Source of the DNA: Haliotis rubra
Taxonomy: Eukaryota
NCBI RefSeq assembly: GCF_003918875.1
Contig: NW_025767044.1
Location: forward strand, 558,001 to 622,000
Direction: 5' to 3'
DNA: 64,000 bases
The notes under the pieces are model-generated. The model was not told the DNA's origin. It saw nothing but the letters and a program-made list of their open reading frames with translations, and ran no database searches. Positions 1 to 13,524 of this stretch are shown here, in pieces; the stretch's first letter is position 1; every line of letters starts with the position of its first letter. The position numbers and the translations under genes were made by a program.

Positions 1-479
1 AGACAAAACAACGAATGGCTACAAAAGTGCACACACTCCAACATTTAGGGTGATCGATATCTAACAGTTTAGATACGTTCCCATGACATTCTGCACAGGA
101 ACGATGAGTACAATTTGATAGTTTGATATATTCATTTTCGCTGCATCCACGTAATCAACAAATCAATTTCATAAACGTATCGTTCAGCTATATCGGCGGA
201 GGTCTCATTTATCAATTGTGTGTTTGGACATATCAACATAAAAAACAGGTTCCTGGTCATGAAAACAATGTTTGAGAGGGAAACATTTTCAGAGGATGTA
301 TTACAACTCATAAACGATACCCGAGATTGTTGTTCTGGAACTTTTGGGGATGAGTTCAGATAGCACCTATATCAACTCTTCCACTACTGATTAATACTCG
401 CCATAGATAAAATCGCAGCTGGAGCTGAAACTAGCAACAAAAGATATATAAATCTTTGCAAATTGTGTCGCCTTTACAC

Positions 480-1100
480 CTTCAAAACGTAATGACCATA
501 TGGGTATGAAGCCAATTATCCCAACTCCAGTTCCGTGATATCAATCAGTCCAGTTAGTGAAATCATTATGAAACATATATACGTTTCAGCTACTCTAGAT
601 AAGTGATCATGAATCCACCAACAATGTCAAATTCACTGAATTACTCTGCCGAAATCACCTTCGTCAACGATATTTTGAAAGAAACTGATTTCGAGAAGAA
701 TCTCCCAAATTCACAATAATAGCAATGGCATGTTTTCAGAAAGACATCTATTGTATCTCTCCATCAAATATTGCACACATTGGCATTGGTTCAACTATCA
801 TGTTCCACCAAATGTCGTACGTAAATGGCCGTTGTAACTGAAAACACCCGAGGAATTGTAATGTATATTATTGTGATGCGAAAGATTGTTTTCATAATTT
901 CTTAAACTAGATTTCAGACGATGTTTTGAATCAACAACTGTTTGAGTGTGGTGGATTATATTCATTTATGTTAAAATAAAACACATAAATGAACGGCTTG
1001 TAACGTTTTTGAAATGGCAAAGCGTTTTCCATTAAATATGCAGAAGCTTTTACAATACGTCAATCAAAATATCATTTTTAAGTCACTGATTTGACACGTT
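480..1100 (+). repeat. Inverted paralogous copy of segment C of the decayed family
   Basis: ccatcaaata...aaaacacccgaggaattgtaatgtatattattgtgatgcgaaag (761-885) aligns in the same orientation with 35151-35280 and inverted with 7650-7950 and 39990-40300. Confidence 0.7.
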
Positions 1101-1649
1101 TAAAATGTCTCTCCAAGGCAGTGTTTAATTATACAGTTTATGCTTTCTTTAACCCCTGTCCAAATATTTCATTTAAGATACAGTGATTTGGGATGCATAT
1201 GTAAGTATATATAGAGGATCACCGTTATATATGACATACACGTAATACGGCTCCTGTAAAGTACTGGAGACAAAGTGGGCTTCAGGCTCAGGTGATTCCG
1301 CGTCATCGTACCCCAAGGGTGTGGATATTTGCTCATCACTTAGTCGTCTGGACCAGAATCCATTATTTTCAGGCCGTAAACTTCTAGCTTGCAACACCGA
1401 CCAAAACAGACAAAAGGGGAGTGAACACTTCATTTCATTTTCACCTTCAGGAGGGTGGTGCGTGTCGCTCCCCTGCACACCCTCTGGATCCGCCTGTGTT
1501 GTTACGTATAATCACCTTTATTTTATTGTGAAAGATATCTATATATAGCAGATCCATGTACACATTAACCCGAGCGCTAAGCGCTAAAAACCGCAAAAGA
1601 GTGGAAGTCTCGTACGTCTAAATTAGGATGTGGTTGATAGTAGCCACTC

Positions 1650-3150
1650 CTCTCATTACTAGAACTGTTATTACAGCCAGGTACGCCATCTCAAGACAAC
1701 GTTGTGGATACACCTCTGGACCAAGTCCATTGTCCAATGCATACAGCGACCTCGGTAATTACTGGCCAGTAAATCATCCTGAAACCAGAATCCAGGCGTG
1801 AATCGTAATGGACATTTTTATGAGGTTCGCAGAAAAAAGTACTTTTATCTTCAGATCCAACTCGTCTCAGACATACCGAGCAATCAATTTGACAAAAAGC
1901 GATAAAAGACAGAATTTCAACGTAAATCAAACTGCACGTAATACTTCACAGTATTTTGCCCAGTTTAAAGTCTGTTGATGGCTATATATTTGAGACACGT
2001 CTCCCTCTGATGATTGAGTTTCCGCTTCGTCAAAGCAGTCCTTCATGAACGGAGAATTTAGCTTTAATTCACCACAGAAGTTAGATATATACCAATATTC
2101 AAAATTAAAATTGAGCTATATCAATTTAGCTTTCCAATGGAAATAATATGAGATACTCTAAACCTTAAAAGCTTGTTCCCTAAGATTGTCCCATTATAGC
2201 AATTCAAAAGCAATGTCATTGCATCATGTTTTACGATTCCACATACTTTTCACTTTGTCGTACTTTCAATAGTTAATGTTTTATTGTCTCTTCGGGGTAG
2301 CATCGAAGCACAAATATACAATTGCTGTAGTGTACCAATATTCAGTTCAAAGTGCCACCTGGACATGGACATGAAAACTGATAGACGTGTGTTCGCCTTG
2401 CAAAACGTGATCATTATGGATTTTCTAAGATTGAAAGAAGACAGTTCCAATTGTCTTTATGTGTTATTTTATGAAGAAAACATAACTGTACATGTTGCTG
2501 AGAAGCAGATCATTGTATTAGAAGATCACAAAGGAAACAACTTTTGTCTATTACATATGATTTAGTGAAGCCTACGCATCGGTGCCCAAATAACTGTCAG
2601 TCAGTATATCATCTGTACAGGTCCTTTGTATTGTCCGATATCTCGTTTTCCTTAAATACCGGTGTATTATTATTGAAATAAAGTATATATTAACTCACAC
2701 AATTTTATCGAGTATCTGGTTTATCTGAATTCACTATTCTGGGTCTAGATCATATGCTGTTGTTAGTTATGGGTTTCATTTTATTATCAATTATATTTGA
2801 TGTGAAATATATGCTTCCGTTTATTTGTCTCTGGATTCTACCATTCTTGTTCTTCTGGGAAACACACCGAAGTGATTCATTGTCTAATTACGTTACAGTG
2901 TAACTATTTTAAGTGACACAATATTCGGACAAGATAGAGGTATAACGTTAAGGTATAACTAGTTCAACTCATCATTAATAGTGTGAATGCTGCTGAAACA
3001 AATAAAACAACATATATAATTTCTCAAATCCTTGAGTGTCAAACTCACAGAATATACTGCAGGACGATTCTGTGAAAAATACAAATAAAACGATCAGTTA
3101 AAACAGGCCCGGATAATTATATACTCAAAATAAATGGTAAACTTGACACC
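1650..3150 (+). repeat. Tandem segmental copy 1 (segments D-E) of the decayed family
   Basis: 1650-2095 aligns with 10675-11110 and 41230-41610; 2180-2900 aligns with 13105-13500 and 14230-14620. Confidence 0.8.
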
Positions 3151-3189
3151 AACATGATTGGTAATAATTTTGAGGTGGTAACTTCCTTT

Positions 3190-3690
3190 ACCCCACACGT
3201 ACGACAATGACATGTAGTGCCTAAACTGATGCAATTTCAACCTGCTTGTTAAAGATGGTTCAGTGGGACAGGATAAACTTCAGTCACGCTCCACATTGTT
3301 CCTAGCAGGGCACATTATAGTGTTCATTTGGTTGACCGATTTGGAGGGGGAAGTGCATTTTGTGCCAATCCCAAATGAATGTCGTCCGGGGAATCATACT
3401 GCCATAAGGTATCGGGACCAAGATTTGACCCTATTCCTTTTATCATGCATGCAGCTACATGATCCAACTTCATTGTCCCCATACTACTAATGATACCATT
3501 GTTGATGGCATGGACTAGTTTTTCAGGTCTCCAGATTTAAACACATTTTGGATGAGCTCGGAAGACGACTGTGACGGCCGATGAATCAACCCTAGACCCT
3601 GCATGAACTTGGGCAATCGGTCGTTGACCAACAGCAACAACTGAGAAGACGTTGTGTTTCCGATCTGGGAGGTCACACTTGTTATTGACT
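3190..3690 (+). mobile_element. Highly decayed Tc1 transposase relic (C-terminal part)
   Basis: Broken translation FGGGS...RYRD...SPDLN...DELGRRL*RPMNQP*TLHELGQ...LRRRC...GGHTCY*. Confidence 0.7.
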
Positions 3691-6335
3691 TCTTCTGTTC
3701 CAACAGTTTAATCAAGTTCTCGTTGGGGAGTCATGGAATGTCATGCATAAGTTGATGTCCCAATCCACATGATAGCAGAATTATGCACATACATTTTCAT
3801 AATCATACACAGAATACTTCGGTTGGGGATTCAATGGAACAAGTGTCATCGTTTCAGTTTGGCTGAATATACGTATAATAAACATAGCAGCAGTACTAAC
3901 GTATTGAAATACCAACTACCCACTGAAGAAAATGTGTTCAGGCTGCACTTGTTATGATTTTTCCCGGACATGAACTCTGAGTTTCCTTCGTTCACTGAAT
4001 GGCAATGTGCATTTTCCAGCTGCAGTTCACGAATTTTATATAACTGTTCCTGACGGCCCCATACAAACGAAAGTACACAGTCGTGAAAATAAAGTATACA
4101 TAAAGTAAAACCATATAGATGTCATCTATTCCTCCTCTTTATCTCAATAGTTTCACTGCAGTGGCGAGTCTCGCGATTCTGAAACGGAGAATGGATAACC
4201 AACAGCAGCTTGTCGATAACGATAGCTTTCTGCTGTTGAATTGAACATCTGAAAGGTATTCACATTTACGTCTAAATGTTGGTCAAAAGTTTACGAACAT
4301 ATAGAATCACGAAATATATCGATTATCGAAGATGGCTGCATATATGTCAAAATGTATCAAGTGGCAAAAAGCCACTCTGGCCAGATAGAATATTACTGAC
4401 ACTAATGACAACAATTGCAAAGTGGAAAGCGATAATCATCATCACTAACCTCTCCGGGATAAGGTCAGGGAGAAGCTACTTTCGTCAGTGGAATGTTGTA
4501 GTTGTCGGGAGTGAGTGATGTAAGTCATGACAGACCTGGCTCAATCACTCTTCCGGAAGAAGTAGGTGACAAGTGGGAAAGTCATCAGACTAAGGTGATC
4601 AGCACCATTCAGATCAACCAGCGTGGCACAAAACAAACGACAAGAGGGACAGGATATCATGCAAAATTTACTGCAGGGGGCGTCAATGACATATACAAAT
4701 GGACTATATCATTCCATGGGCTTGGGACCATGGCAAAAGACCGTTAAGATGATATCGCATCCAGAGACATTTTGCTCGACCTGGGCTGAGGGAAGACATC
4801 GGATAGCGACGGTCATTACACTTGCCAACATTTAAGGTTACCCGATACATTACCAAATAACTGTCGTTAAGAATAGAGTTACGAATACAGACTAAGTATC
4901 TTGATATCAAAACCATACCTCAAAATTTAACTTTATTTGAAGTAAAGCTATTGCAAAATCCCAACTCTGGTTAATGCTTTTCATTCAATGAAAATTCATG
5001 CCGGTTTGTAGCCAGTGGAACTTAACCTCTTAATTTTATTTCAGATGAAAGGAAGTATAGTTTCATTCAATAAAATCGGAGGTAATTTATCAGTCTCGAC
5101 ACTTTTGATAATTGGGAGGAAAAAGGATGGTGACGCTGATGGAGATTGTGAGGGCATAGACATTGTTCATTGACATGGGATGTGATTGTTCAAGTGAAAG
5201 GCAAGCGAACAAAGAACAAAGAAGCATCGATCCCCAGTTTCATTACACTTGTATCTGTATATTAAAATCCGTTGCCAATCACAGTAGCGCTTTATCCTTG
5301 TTGCTGGTAATATGGTGAAAGGTAAGACGTATATAGCATACATTTTTACTCAGAGTCATGTCAATGATTTTAAAATTTAGCTTGAAACCTTTCGGGGTTT
5401 TTAATCTTCGAAGAACAAACGCTCCAATTTAAATATACTAGCTTGGTGCGTAGCCTCACTTAGACCATGTTATATTCATATCTAAGAAAATCCCATAAAA
5501 ACGTTTCTCTCAATTTAAACATTTGTCCGTGTGTGAAATATTAGACAATAAAATGGTGTTTTTGACATTTTCCTTTAGGATATATTCTGATGTGAAACAA
5601 GTCCTGCTTAATTATAGATCAAAAGTATATATGCATATCATAAGAAGTGCGTTTGCCCTATCTGTAAAACGACTTCTGGACAATAGTCAGTAACCTTTTC
5701 TGCATAACTCTTCACAACTGAATCGGCATTTAAGTGAGCGTAACAAATGTAAACGTTTGTCTTGATCTGGATCGGTCTCCATAAACGAGTCTCCAGGGCC
5801 CATATAGCCGGTCTGGTCCACTAAGCGACTAAGTAAGCAGAGATGATAATACCAACTTGCAGACGCATTTGCATGAAAATGTTTGGATGATGTGTTACAA
5901 TCACAGCCAGTAACACCTAATTACAGTGACCCATTAACTCTCACATAAACCCTCAGAACCACTGTCATTATGTGGCCAGTCATTTCAGAAAAACGATTAG
6001 TACAGTGTAAGTCTTTGGATGACTAAAAAGAGAATTCATGGATATCAACTTCTTTCGTTTGAGGTAGATAACGTTTCTGCGTATATGCTTATCCTTCGTC
6101 GGGTGAATGAAAGCTGGATGTAAAAGTCACAGTTTCCGAACATATCATCAAAAACAAAGTCTGCTCTATCATGTGGAAAGCGTTCTGCGTCAAATGATTC
6201 TACAAAAGATCACCGTTGTCAAGAGATACCAACCATCAATGAAACGTGACAAGGGAACATATCTACCTGTGCTGCCATTCATATGTCGAAATCGAAGCCC
6301 CGGCTCCTCCACCCCTGTCCCCTCTCACCCTCATA

Positions 6336-6492
6336 GGGGCGGTGGGGTAGTCTAGTGGTTAAAGCGTTGGCTCGTCACGCCGAAGACCCGGGTTCGAATC
6401 CCATGAGTGAAGCCCATTTCTGGTGTCCCCCGCCGTGATATTGCTGGAATATTGCTAAAAGCGGCGTAAAACCAAACTCAGTCAGTCAGTCC
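6336..6492 (+). mobile_element. tRNA-derived SINE family 1
   Basis: A box (tagtctagtgg), B box (ggttcgaatcc), (cagt)n tail, 10-bp TSD caccctcata (6326-6335/6493-6502). Confidence 0.9.
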
Positions 6493-7194
6493 CACCCTCA
6501 TATGATATAATTATTTTACAGAAGTTCACATTTGCAATTGTCGTGTCTCTCGTCATGTTTAGTGATTCCTTGATAATGTATTGTATTAAAATACTACCCC
6601 AAACCTCATGCGTTTTCATTGTTTTGTGACTTAGATGAGGAGTGAAGATTGGTGATTATATGCGGGTGAATTCTGAGATTAACTCATAAATGAATCACAT
6701 GTCTAAATGTAATATACGTCTGATACAGCACCTGTTGCGCCGAATTTCCCTGACATAAACAACACATGCACGTGCGGAAACAATATGGTTTTGGACTTAA
6801 TCTGAGATAACTCAGGAAGGCCTATTTCCCGTAATGTATCAGGCTCTCATAGTCCCAAGTACCTAACACTGACTATTGACTAAAAATGAAATATTAATGG
6901 ACGTATAATTGTAAAAGCTCCTTTACATATACCAGAAAAGGCCTTCCCAATGCCCTTCAAAAATCAGAAAAAAGCCGTGTTAAAAATACGTTACGGACAA
7001 AGCCATCATCAATTTCACTCTCTGCATATGTAATGTTTCATACAACATTCATATCTTGGACTTGTTAAATGTAGAGTGAACTTTTATTCACGAAATCAGG
7101 GACGCAAACGTGTACATTACGATGATTAATAGTACAAACACTCGGATGTTTTGAATTACAACCTCTCAAAGTTCATTTTTTTCATGTGATGGGT

Positions 7195-7636
7195 TCCTGA
7201 GAAGGTACGTCAGTCCCAAAACATTCAAAATCAGTTTAAATCTATCCAACCTTTTTAGTCGTAGAATATGTGTCTTTTTAATGTATGGCTAGATGTGTCT
7301 AAATTGCTAACAGCTGAAGGGATGACGTAAATCCAGCTAGGGTCCATGCAGGAAGCAAATGTACTGTAAGTCCCCATGGTCCCTGATATGGTGATCTACC
7401 TTCAGTTGTTGGCAATCTATAGCCTGTTTGTACATATTATTGTCATTTCCACTTAAATTTTTTAGATTTAATTACTAGTTTTAAATGGATATCTGTGATA
7501 CATTAGTAGTTTTACTGTTCTTCGTCCACGGGCTTTTACTTTCTAATTTTATTGATCTATGATATAATCATTTATTGTTCTCGTCACGGTGTGACTGAAA
7601 TATTGCCGATGTGACGATAAATATTAACTCACTCAC
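7195..7636 (+). mobile_element. 3' tail of Nimb/I-type LINE (non-coding 3' UTR fragment)
   Basis: Same sequence recurs at 18293-18563, 31921, 34327, 52958, 54742 and 61558, ends in (actc)n, and is linked to LINE ORF2 C-terminus at 18690-19190. Confidence 0.7.
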
Positions 7637-8492
7637 ACATGTGATAGGAAAAATTGAATGCTTTCGAAAGGCATTTCATATTTGATGGTTCGATGCTGTA
7701 TCGATCCGTTACAAAAAATCTCCAATGGCTCTCGCAATCCTTCGTGACATCACTCCCTGCCAATGCTATGTCGACGAAGTCTACTAGCGTGGAGTAATTA
7801 AGGAAAAGTAATACAATAACTGAATTCATGCTCTGTTGTCCCGTGTAGATGAAACGTCTGGTTTACGACTGGGCTGACAGATATCTCTGCACTGAATGAC
7901 TGCGGGGATATATAACCGCTACTTTTGACCCTGTTCTTGTCATTGGCTTGGAGACTTGTAGATCGTTAACGTTAGAATGATGGATATTGAGCTGATTGGT
8001 GAGATTGGGTAATGAGGATTTGTACCGTGACAAGAGACATCGTTCCGACCATATAATGCCATGATAATTAGAATGGGTTCACACAGTGTAATCACGTGGG
8101 GTATCAGCATCATAACAAGCGAATGTTTGGACAACTAAAACAAGATACCGCCCTAGTTGATTTACCATCCAGCAGCCATTTAAAAGGGATTCCGAATCGG
8201 ACGCACCCTTAAAATAGAGGATCCTTGGAGCTAACGAAACAGTCCAAAATGATCTATGTCCCCGACGTTTTGCACTAGGGAACCCAACACACAAGAGTAT
8301 GGTGCTGACAAACCTAGAAACAAGAGCAATGCAGCACTATTGGCTGTATATGGACTTGCAATGTGTTACTGCACGTGCAGCCTGTGCAGCTGCACACAAC
8401 ATGCGAAACTCAGAAATTGCTGTCACTGTCGAAAGCTTGATCTTTGGTCATTCAAACGTTCACAAATTCACATGGGAATTCACATGCACATC

Positions 8493-8844
8493 ATGCCAAA
8501 ATTAACATCTGCTCAACGTCACGAAACCATTGGAATGGTTCGAGCAGGCATGAGCCATCAACAGGTGGCAGCACATTTCCAATGCCACCGTAACACGATA
8601 TCTGCATTGGTCAGTTGTTATGGAAACAGTAATGACGTCGCCGACCACCCACGTGTTGGGCGTCCCCGAGTAACGACACCAAGACAGGACAGATGGATTC
8701 GGGTGAATTATCTCAGACACAGGTTCCAGACGGTAGTGACCACATCCCAAACCATTCCCCAGGCCTTCAATGCTCATTTGGTAGCCTATATGCGTCGTCG
8801 ATGCACTGCTTTGCTTCACGCGTGATGGTCATACCCGTTATTGA
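8493..8844 (+). mobile_element. Internally deleted Tc1 element (HTH domain fused to extreme C-terminus; element spans roughly 8300-9046)
   Basis: MPKLTSAQRHETIGMVRAG...GRPRVTTPRQDRWIR...TIPQAF..LVAYMRRRC...GHTRY*; whole DDE domain absent. Confidence 0.8.
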
Positions 8845-9928
8845 CTTTGTGACTTCGTCGTGTGACCCCCTACTCAATTTTGAACTTCTGACGTCATCGT
8901 TACGGATATTGTTCATGTTCTTTTGACATGTTGTTGTGGCCCGATACTTCAGCTTATAAAGTGTCTACATCATTTCGTCTTTTCTGTGTTGTATTCCAAT
9001 TCTGAAGGACTTTTCTGTGTGCACAGTTTCTTTATGTGGCTAGTATATATTCCTCCGTTAAAGGAAAGACACAAATTGCTTGCACTGAAAAACACTCCCT
9101 GAAGACTGTGACTTATATTCATTATAATGTTGAGTGTTCGACAGGCGCTCCCGTCAGAAAAGCTATGCTGTGTATAGAGCCTTATTGTATAACGGGCCGG
9201 TGGCCCCTTTACCGAATGAAGTCATTTTATCAACCTAGAAATAGGAGCTAGGATTCGAACCAATGACTACGTATACGAGTCTCTTGCTCGCAATGATGAT
9301 GGTAATTTCGTGAAGAAAATCTCAGCAATTCGTCGACATCCGAATGGCCAGGATAAAAACATTTGACATACAAGATGATCCAATGTAAAAACACAAAATA
9401 TCTCGTCACTCTGGTCAAGTTGGTCAAGGGTTGACAAAGTTCTACGTATCTCTTTTAGTTAATTACAGTTTCAACTGGGATGATTATTATGACGATTATT
9501 TATTAGTAGATAACTGGAAGGGTTCATACCGGTGTTATCTCAATGATAAAAATATTTCTGGGAAAGTTATTTTAACTGGTCAATTTTTCTTTCCGCTTTC
9601 ATCTTCTGTTTCCACTTCATCATTGCTTCCGTTTAGTGAAATATTATCTTTTACGGCCGATACATGTCACTTGCTGAAGGATTCGGAAAAGACCACAGTA
9701 GGTTATGCTCCATTTTTATTAGTTTGCTTTTCAACAGAGAACACAGTGGAGCGAATGGCGGAGGAGGTTTGCCTTCTAAAACAGGAAGAAGTAACCTTAG
9801 CTATTGTCTCGTGTTCTGATTGCTACTACTTGCCCTACTGATGCCATAATAGTGCTATTGAAGACAATGTATTCCATAATGTATGGAAAACAACTATAAG
9901 TTTGTTTTCCTTCTTTTGTTGAATATTG

Positions 9929-10108
9929 AACCAGACAACCCAGTGATGAACAGCATGAGCATCAATCTACGCAATTGGGATACGATAACATGTGTCTACC
10001 AAGTCAGCGAGTCTGACCACCCGATCGACTCTTACGACGCCACTAGTTAGTCGCCTCTTACAATAAGCATGGGTTACTGAACATCAATTCTAACCCGGAT
10101 CTTCACGG
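9929..10108 (-). mobile_element. SINE family 2 fragment
   Basis: Reverse complement of gaagatccgggttagaattga...gaggcgactaac...gatcgggtggtcag...cccaattgcgtagat, shared with 23578-23802 and 32753-32977. Confidence 0.8.
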
Positions 10109-13100
10109 TTTCACAATCACCTATAACGAGCAGTATTTGGTTGCTGTAAAATACGGGATCTGGGGGTTAGGCTTGATGATCATGTTGATGTCCGAACCAT
10201 CGCATCCCTATCTGTGGATCTTCGTTCATGATGTCAACAACACCGAGTTGTCTGGGCCAGACAGAGTTATCTTCGGGCCGCAAACATAAACATCACGCGC
10301 ACGCGCACATCACATTACACAAACACATAGCTACATGTTACAAACATTTTATGAGGTTTCCAGAAGAAAATCATACTTAGACCTTAAGGAAGTCTCAGAC
10401 ATACCGAGCAATCAAATTGAAAAAAGAAGATAAAAGACAGAATTTCCACGTAAATCAAACTGCGAGTATTTACACATATATACTTATATGATACATGATA
10501 TTTGTTTTCATGTTGTATGACTGACGGTTTATGTGTCATATCATAACCTTGAGCTTTTTGTGAAAGGTGTCTGCGCATGAAGCATTTAAACACTAAATCA
10601 ACTTAAATAAAGTCAATAGATGTGCTAAACAGTGCAAAAGAGAGTAAGTCTGATAAAGGATATAGGTTATATACCATGAACTGTTATTACAGCTAGGTAA
10701 ACCATCTAGATGCAACGATGTGGATGAAGTCCATTTTCTAAAGAAAACACCGACTCCGGCAATTATCGGTCAGTAAATCACCTTGAAACCAGGAACGAGC
10801 CGTATACAGCGTAATGGGCGTTTTTTATGAGGTTCCCAGAAGAAAAACGTACTTTCCTCTCAAGATTCAGCACGTCTCAGACATACCGAGCAATCATATT
10901 GAAAAACAAGATAAAAGACAGAATGTCCACGTAAATCAAACTGCAAATAATACTTCGCGGGATTTTGGCCAGTTTAATGTCTGTTGATGGCTATGTATAT
11001 GAGACAAGCCTCTCTGGGATGATTGAGTCTCTGATTCGTCAAATCGGTTTTTGTTGAACTTATATTTTAGCTTCCACCTTTTACAGAAGGAACGTTAGAT
11101 ATATACCAGTTTGGAAGTGTTTTGACCTTACAAAATCATTTGCCATATTAACATCATTGCATTATAGCCGTTGTAAACATTTATAGTCTTTTTTATATTT
11201 TAAATATTTCCAAAAGCATCAGCCTTTTCCAAATTAATATTGTACATCTCTTACAGTCGTTTTGATTTGTTTGATTTTTTTGATTTTTTTTTTGGGGGGT
11301 GTGTGTTATTATTATTTTCTTTTTACATTATAAATATTTCATATTTCCGTAGTATAATAGAAAATTTAAACTACACGCTATTATCATTTATCTTGATACG
11401 AAAACACTGCTTGAATATACATAGTCTATTGTCTTTTTCTATCTCTATCAAGGCAAATGAACGCCTGTGTTGGGCATATGTTATCAGGTGGAAAAACCAT
11501 GAACTACGCCATTAGATCACATGTGGCATTTGGGACGAAAATATCTAATCAATCATGTTTCAAATGTTTTGGTAATTGTGCCTGTTGAACAGTAACTTAA
11601 ACATGCTGCGCATGTTGGTACATCAACAGACCGAGGACAAAGCGCGATGATATAGCTGTGTATACGAATATTTCGTGGATGCATTTGCATAGAAGAGTAC
11701 ATGTGCATGTCTGACTAACGGTTATTCATACAATATTCAAACATATAGTCTAATCAATAATTACAAAACAGTATTAGATTACATGAAAACTTTCCAACCG
11801 CTACATGAAATAATTGCAAAAGCAAACTCCTTCCTGTCTGTGACAAATGCTCTTCAACTAGAAGGTCTTGTCAGATCACTACATTGTAAATATCATCGCT
11901 TGTCAAGCAAAATGACTGTTTACACTTTTCTAAAGCACAGATTATAAGCGGAGTTTTATGGCAGCAAAGCCGTCCCGGCAAAGATCCACACTGAGTGCTT
12001 TATTTGGAAGAATTGTTGTTTGCACGCTCAGGTCATTAATTGACAAAGAGGCCCAAAGGGAATGAAAATGAAAAAGAAATTTATTTCGATGAAACATTTC
12101 AGATACTCTATTTGTTTTGAAAAAATGTTGAAAGCGATTTATTGATAAAAATATCAGTTTGGGGTCAGTGATTTTAGGGCCACAATATAAAGAAATGACT
12201 TATAAGCATGTCCATGGATGCTGTTCAGCCAGCTGAATTCAAGTTATATCGTGGCGGATTTTAAAACATCTAGTCTGGAACAGAAAATAATTAGTGGATG
12301 AAACCCGAGCACATCAGCTGTTCTGTTACACACAGTAACCGAACATCTGATTCCCTATCCTACACCTCAAGTCTACCTTCTCGACTGAAGACCTTTTAAT
12401 CATACAATCTCTCATCTTGCTCATACAGCTTACTTTACAACCTCAAATGCAACTTCTTATTTATACCTCATTTTACATTCGCAACCTTCAGTCCAACTCC
12501 AAATTGCAAACTTTTCCGTCAATTCTAAATCTGCTTAGCCTTCTCATCTAACTTCCCATTTAGTCCTTCTACCTTCCATCTCAACCTAACAATCAAAAAC
12601 CTGATTGTATTCCCACATTACAACATCTGTTCACACCCAAACACACATGTATGTACAACCTCTAATCTAAATCTAAAAGCTACAACCTCTCTCTCATATG
12701 CTTTTAAGCCCTATCTTTTAAACTCGCAATACTTTTTGATGGAGATGTATTTATTCAATCATACGATTGCATAGTATTTACCTGTGTCCATATTGTCAGT
12801 GGGTTAAATGTAATCAACGGTCAGCTGCGTCTTTTCTTGTTCTTTCCATGATTCTGATTCTCTGCCTGCGAGCGCAATTCTTCCATTCACCAATCCCGGT
12901 GCTGATCCCAGTTTGAAAGCGATCACCCAAAAATTATGCTTCCCGCAAGAAGTGTCTAAACGGATTGGGTGGTCAGACTCGGTTGACTGCGTAACATTTG
13001 CACGCCAACAACGTGAATCGCTGTTCGCGATCGTCACAGCCAGCCCAGCATGTAGCTGGAATATAGAGGCATATAAAACTCCAAATTGTAACAGTTTCGT

Positions 13101-13524
13101 CGCTAGGATTGTCCAATTATAGCAATTCAAAGCAATGTCACTTAATCATTTCTCGTGAAAATTTTCACGTTTTCAAATATGTTTTCAACCTTGTCACAAT
13201 TCTTATAAATTATGTTTTATGTATGTCCCTTTAGGGTGGTGGTATCGAAGCACAAACCAATAATTGATGTAGTTGCATGTAGTTTCTAAGATCATTAAAA
13301 ATATTGACGCCTGAAATTAGAAGTTTTTCGTCCTATTTTAAGACTTTTCTTTATTACTGAGTGAATGAGGAGTACCATTGGGAAATCAAAGCAATCGTTA
13401 TAAAATGCATGTCAAAAGCACAGATTTTGTATTTTTCATTCACACAATCTTAGAATGAGAGTTTCAATAAGTGTGAAAAGAATCAATATCAGAGAGTTAC
13501 TGTCAGATCCATCAATTCTCTGCT

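Larger units (their letters stand above)
4140..11110 (+). repeat. Paralogous unit A-B-C-D of the decayed family, interrupted by SINE, Nimb tail and Tc1 insertions
   Basis: A 4380-4835 ~ 38180-38660; B 5580-6000 ~ 38950-39320; C 7645-7950 ~ 40070-40400; D 10675-11110 ~ 41230-41610. Same order and orientation as the right palindrome arm. Confidence 0.75.

Noticed and set aside
4502-4747. Faint resemblance of segment A (GDKW...TRGTGYHAKF) to the capping-domain region of negative-strand RNA virus L proteins
   Set aside because: Spacing differs, the HR motif is absent and no GDNQ-type polymerase motif was found; too weak to claim.
6336-6420. tRNA gene candidates (also 19790-19872, 43470-43547, 52050-52129, 41786-41832)
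   Set aside because: A/B boxes run into a shared SINE body and tail, mostly with TSDs; these are SINE heads, not tRNA genes.
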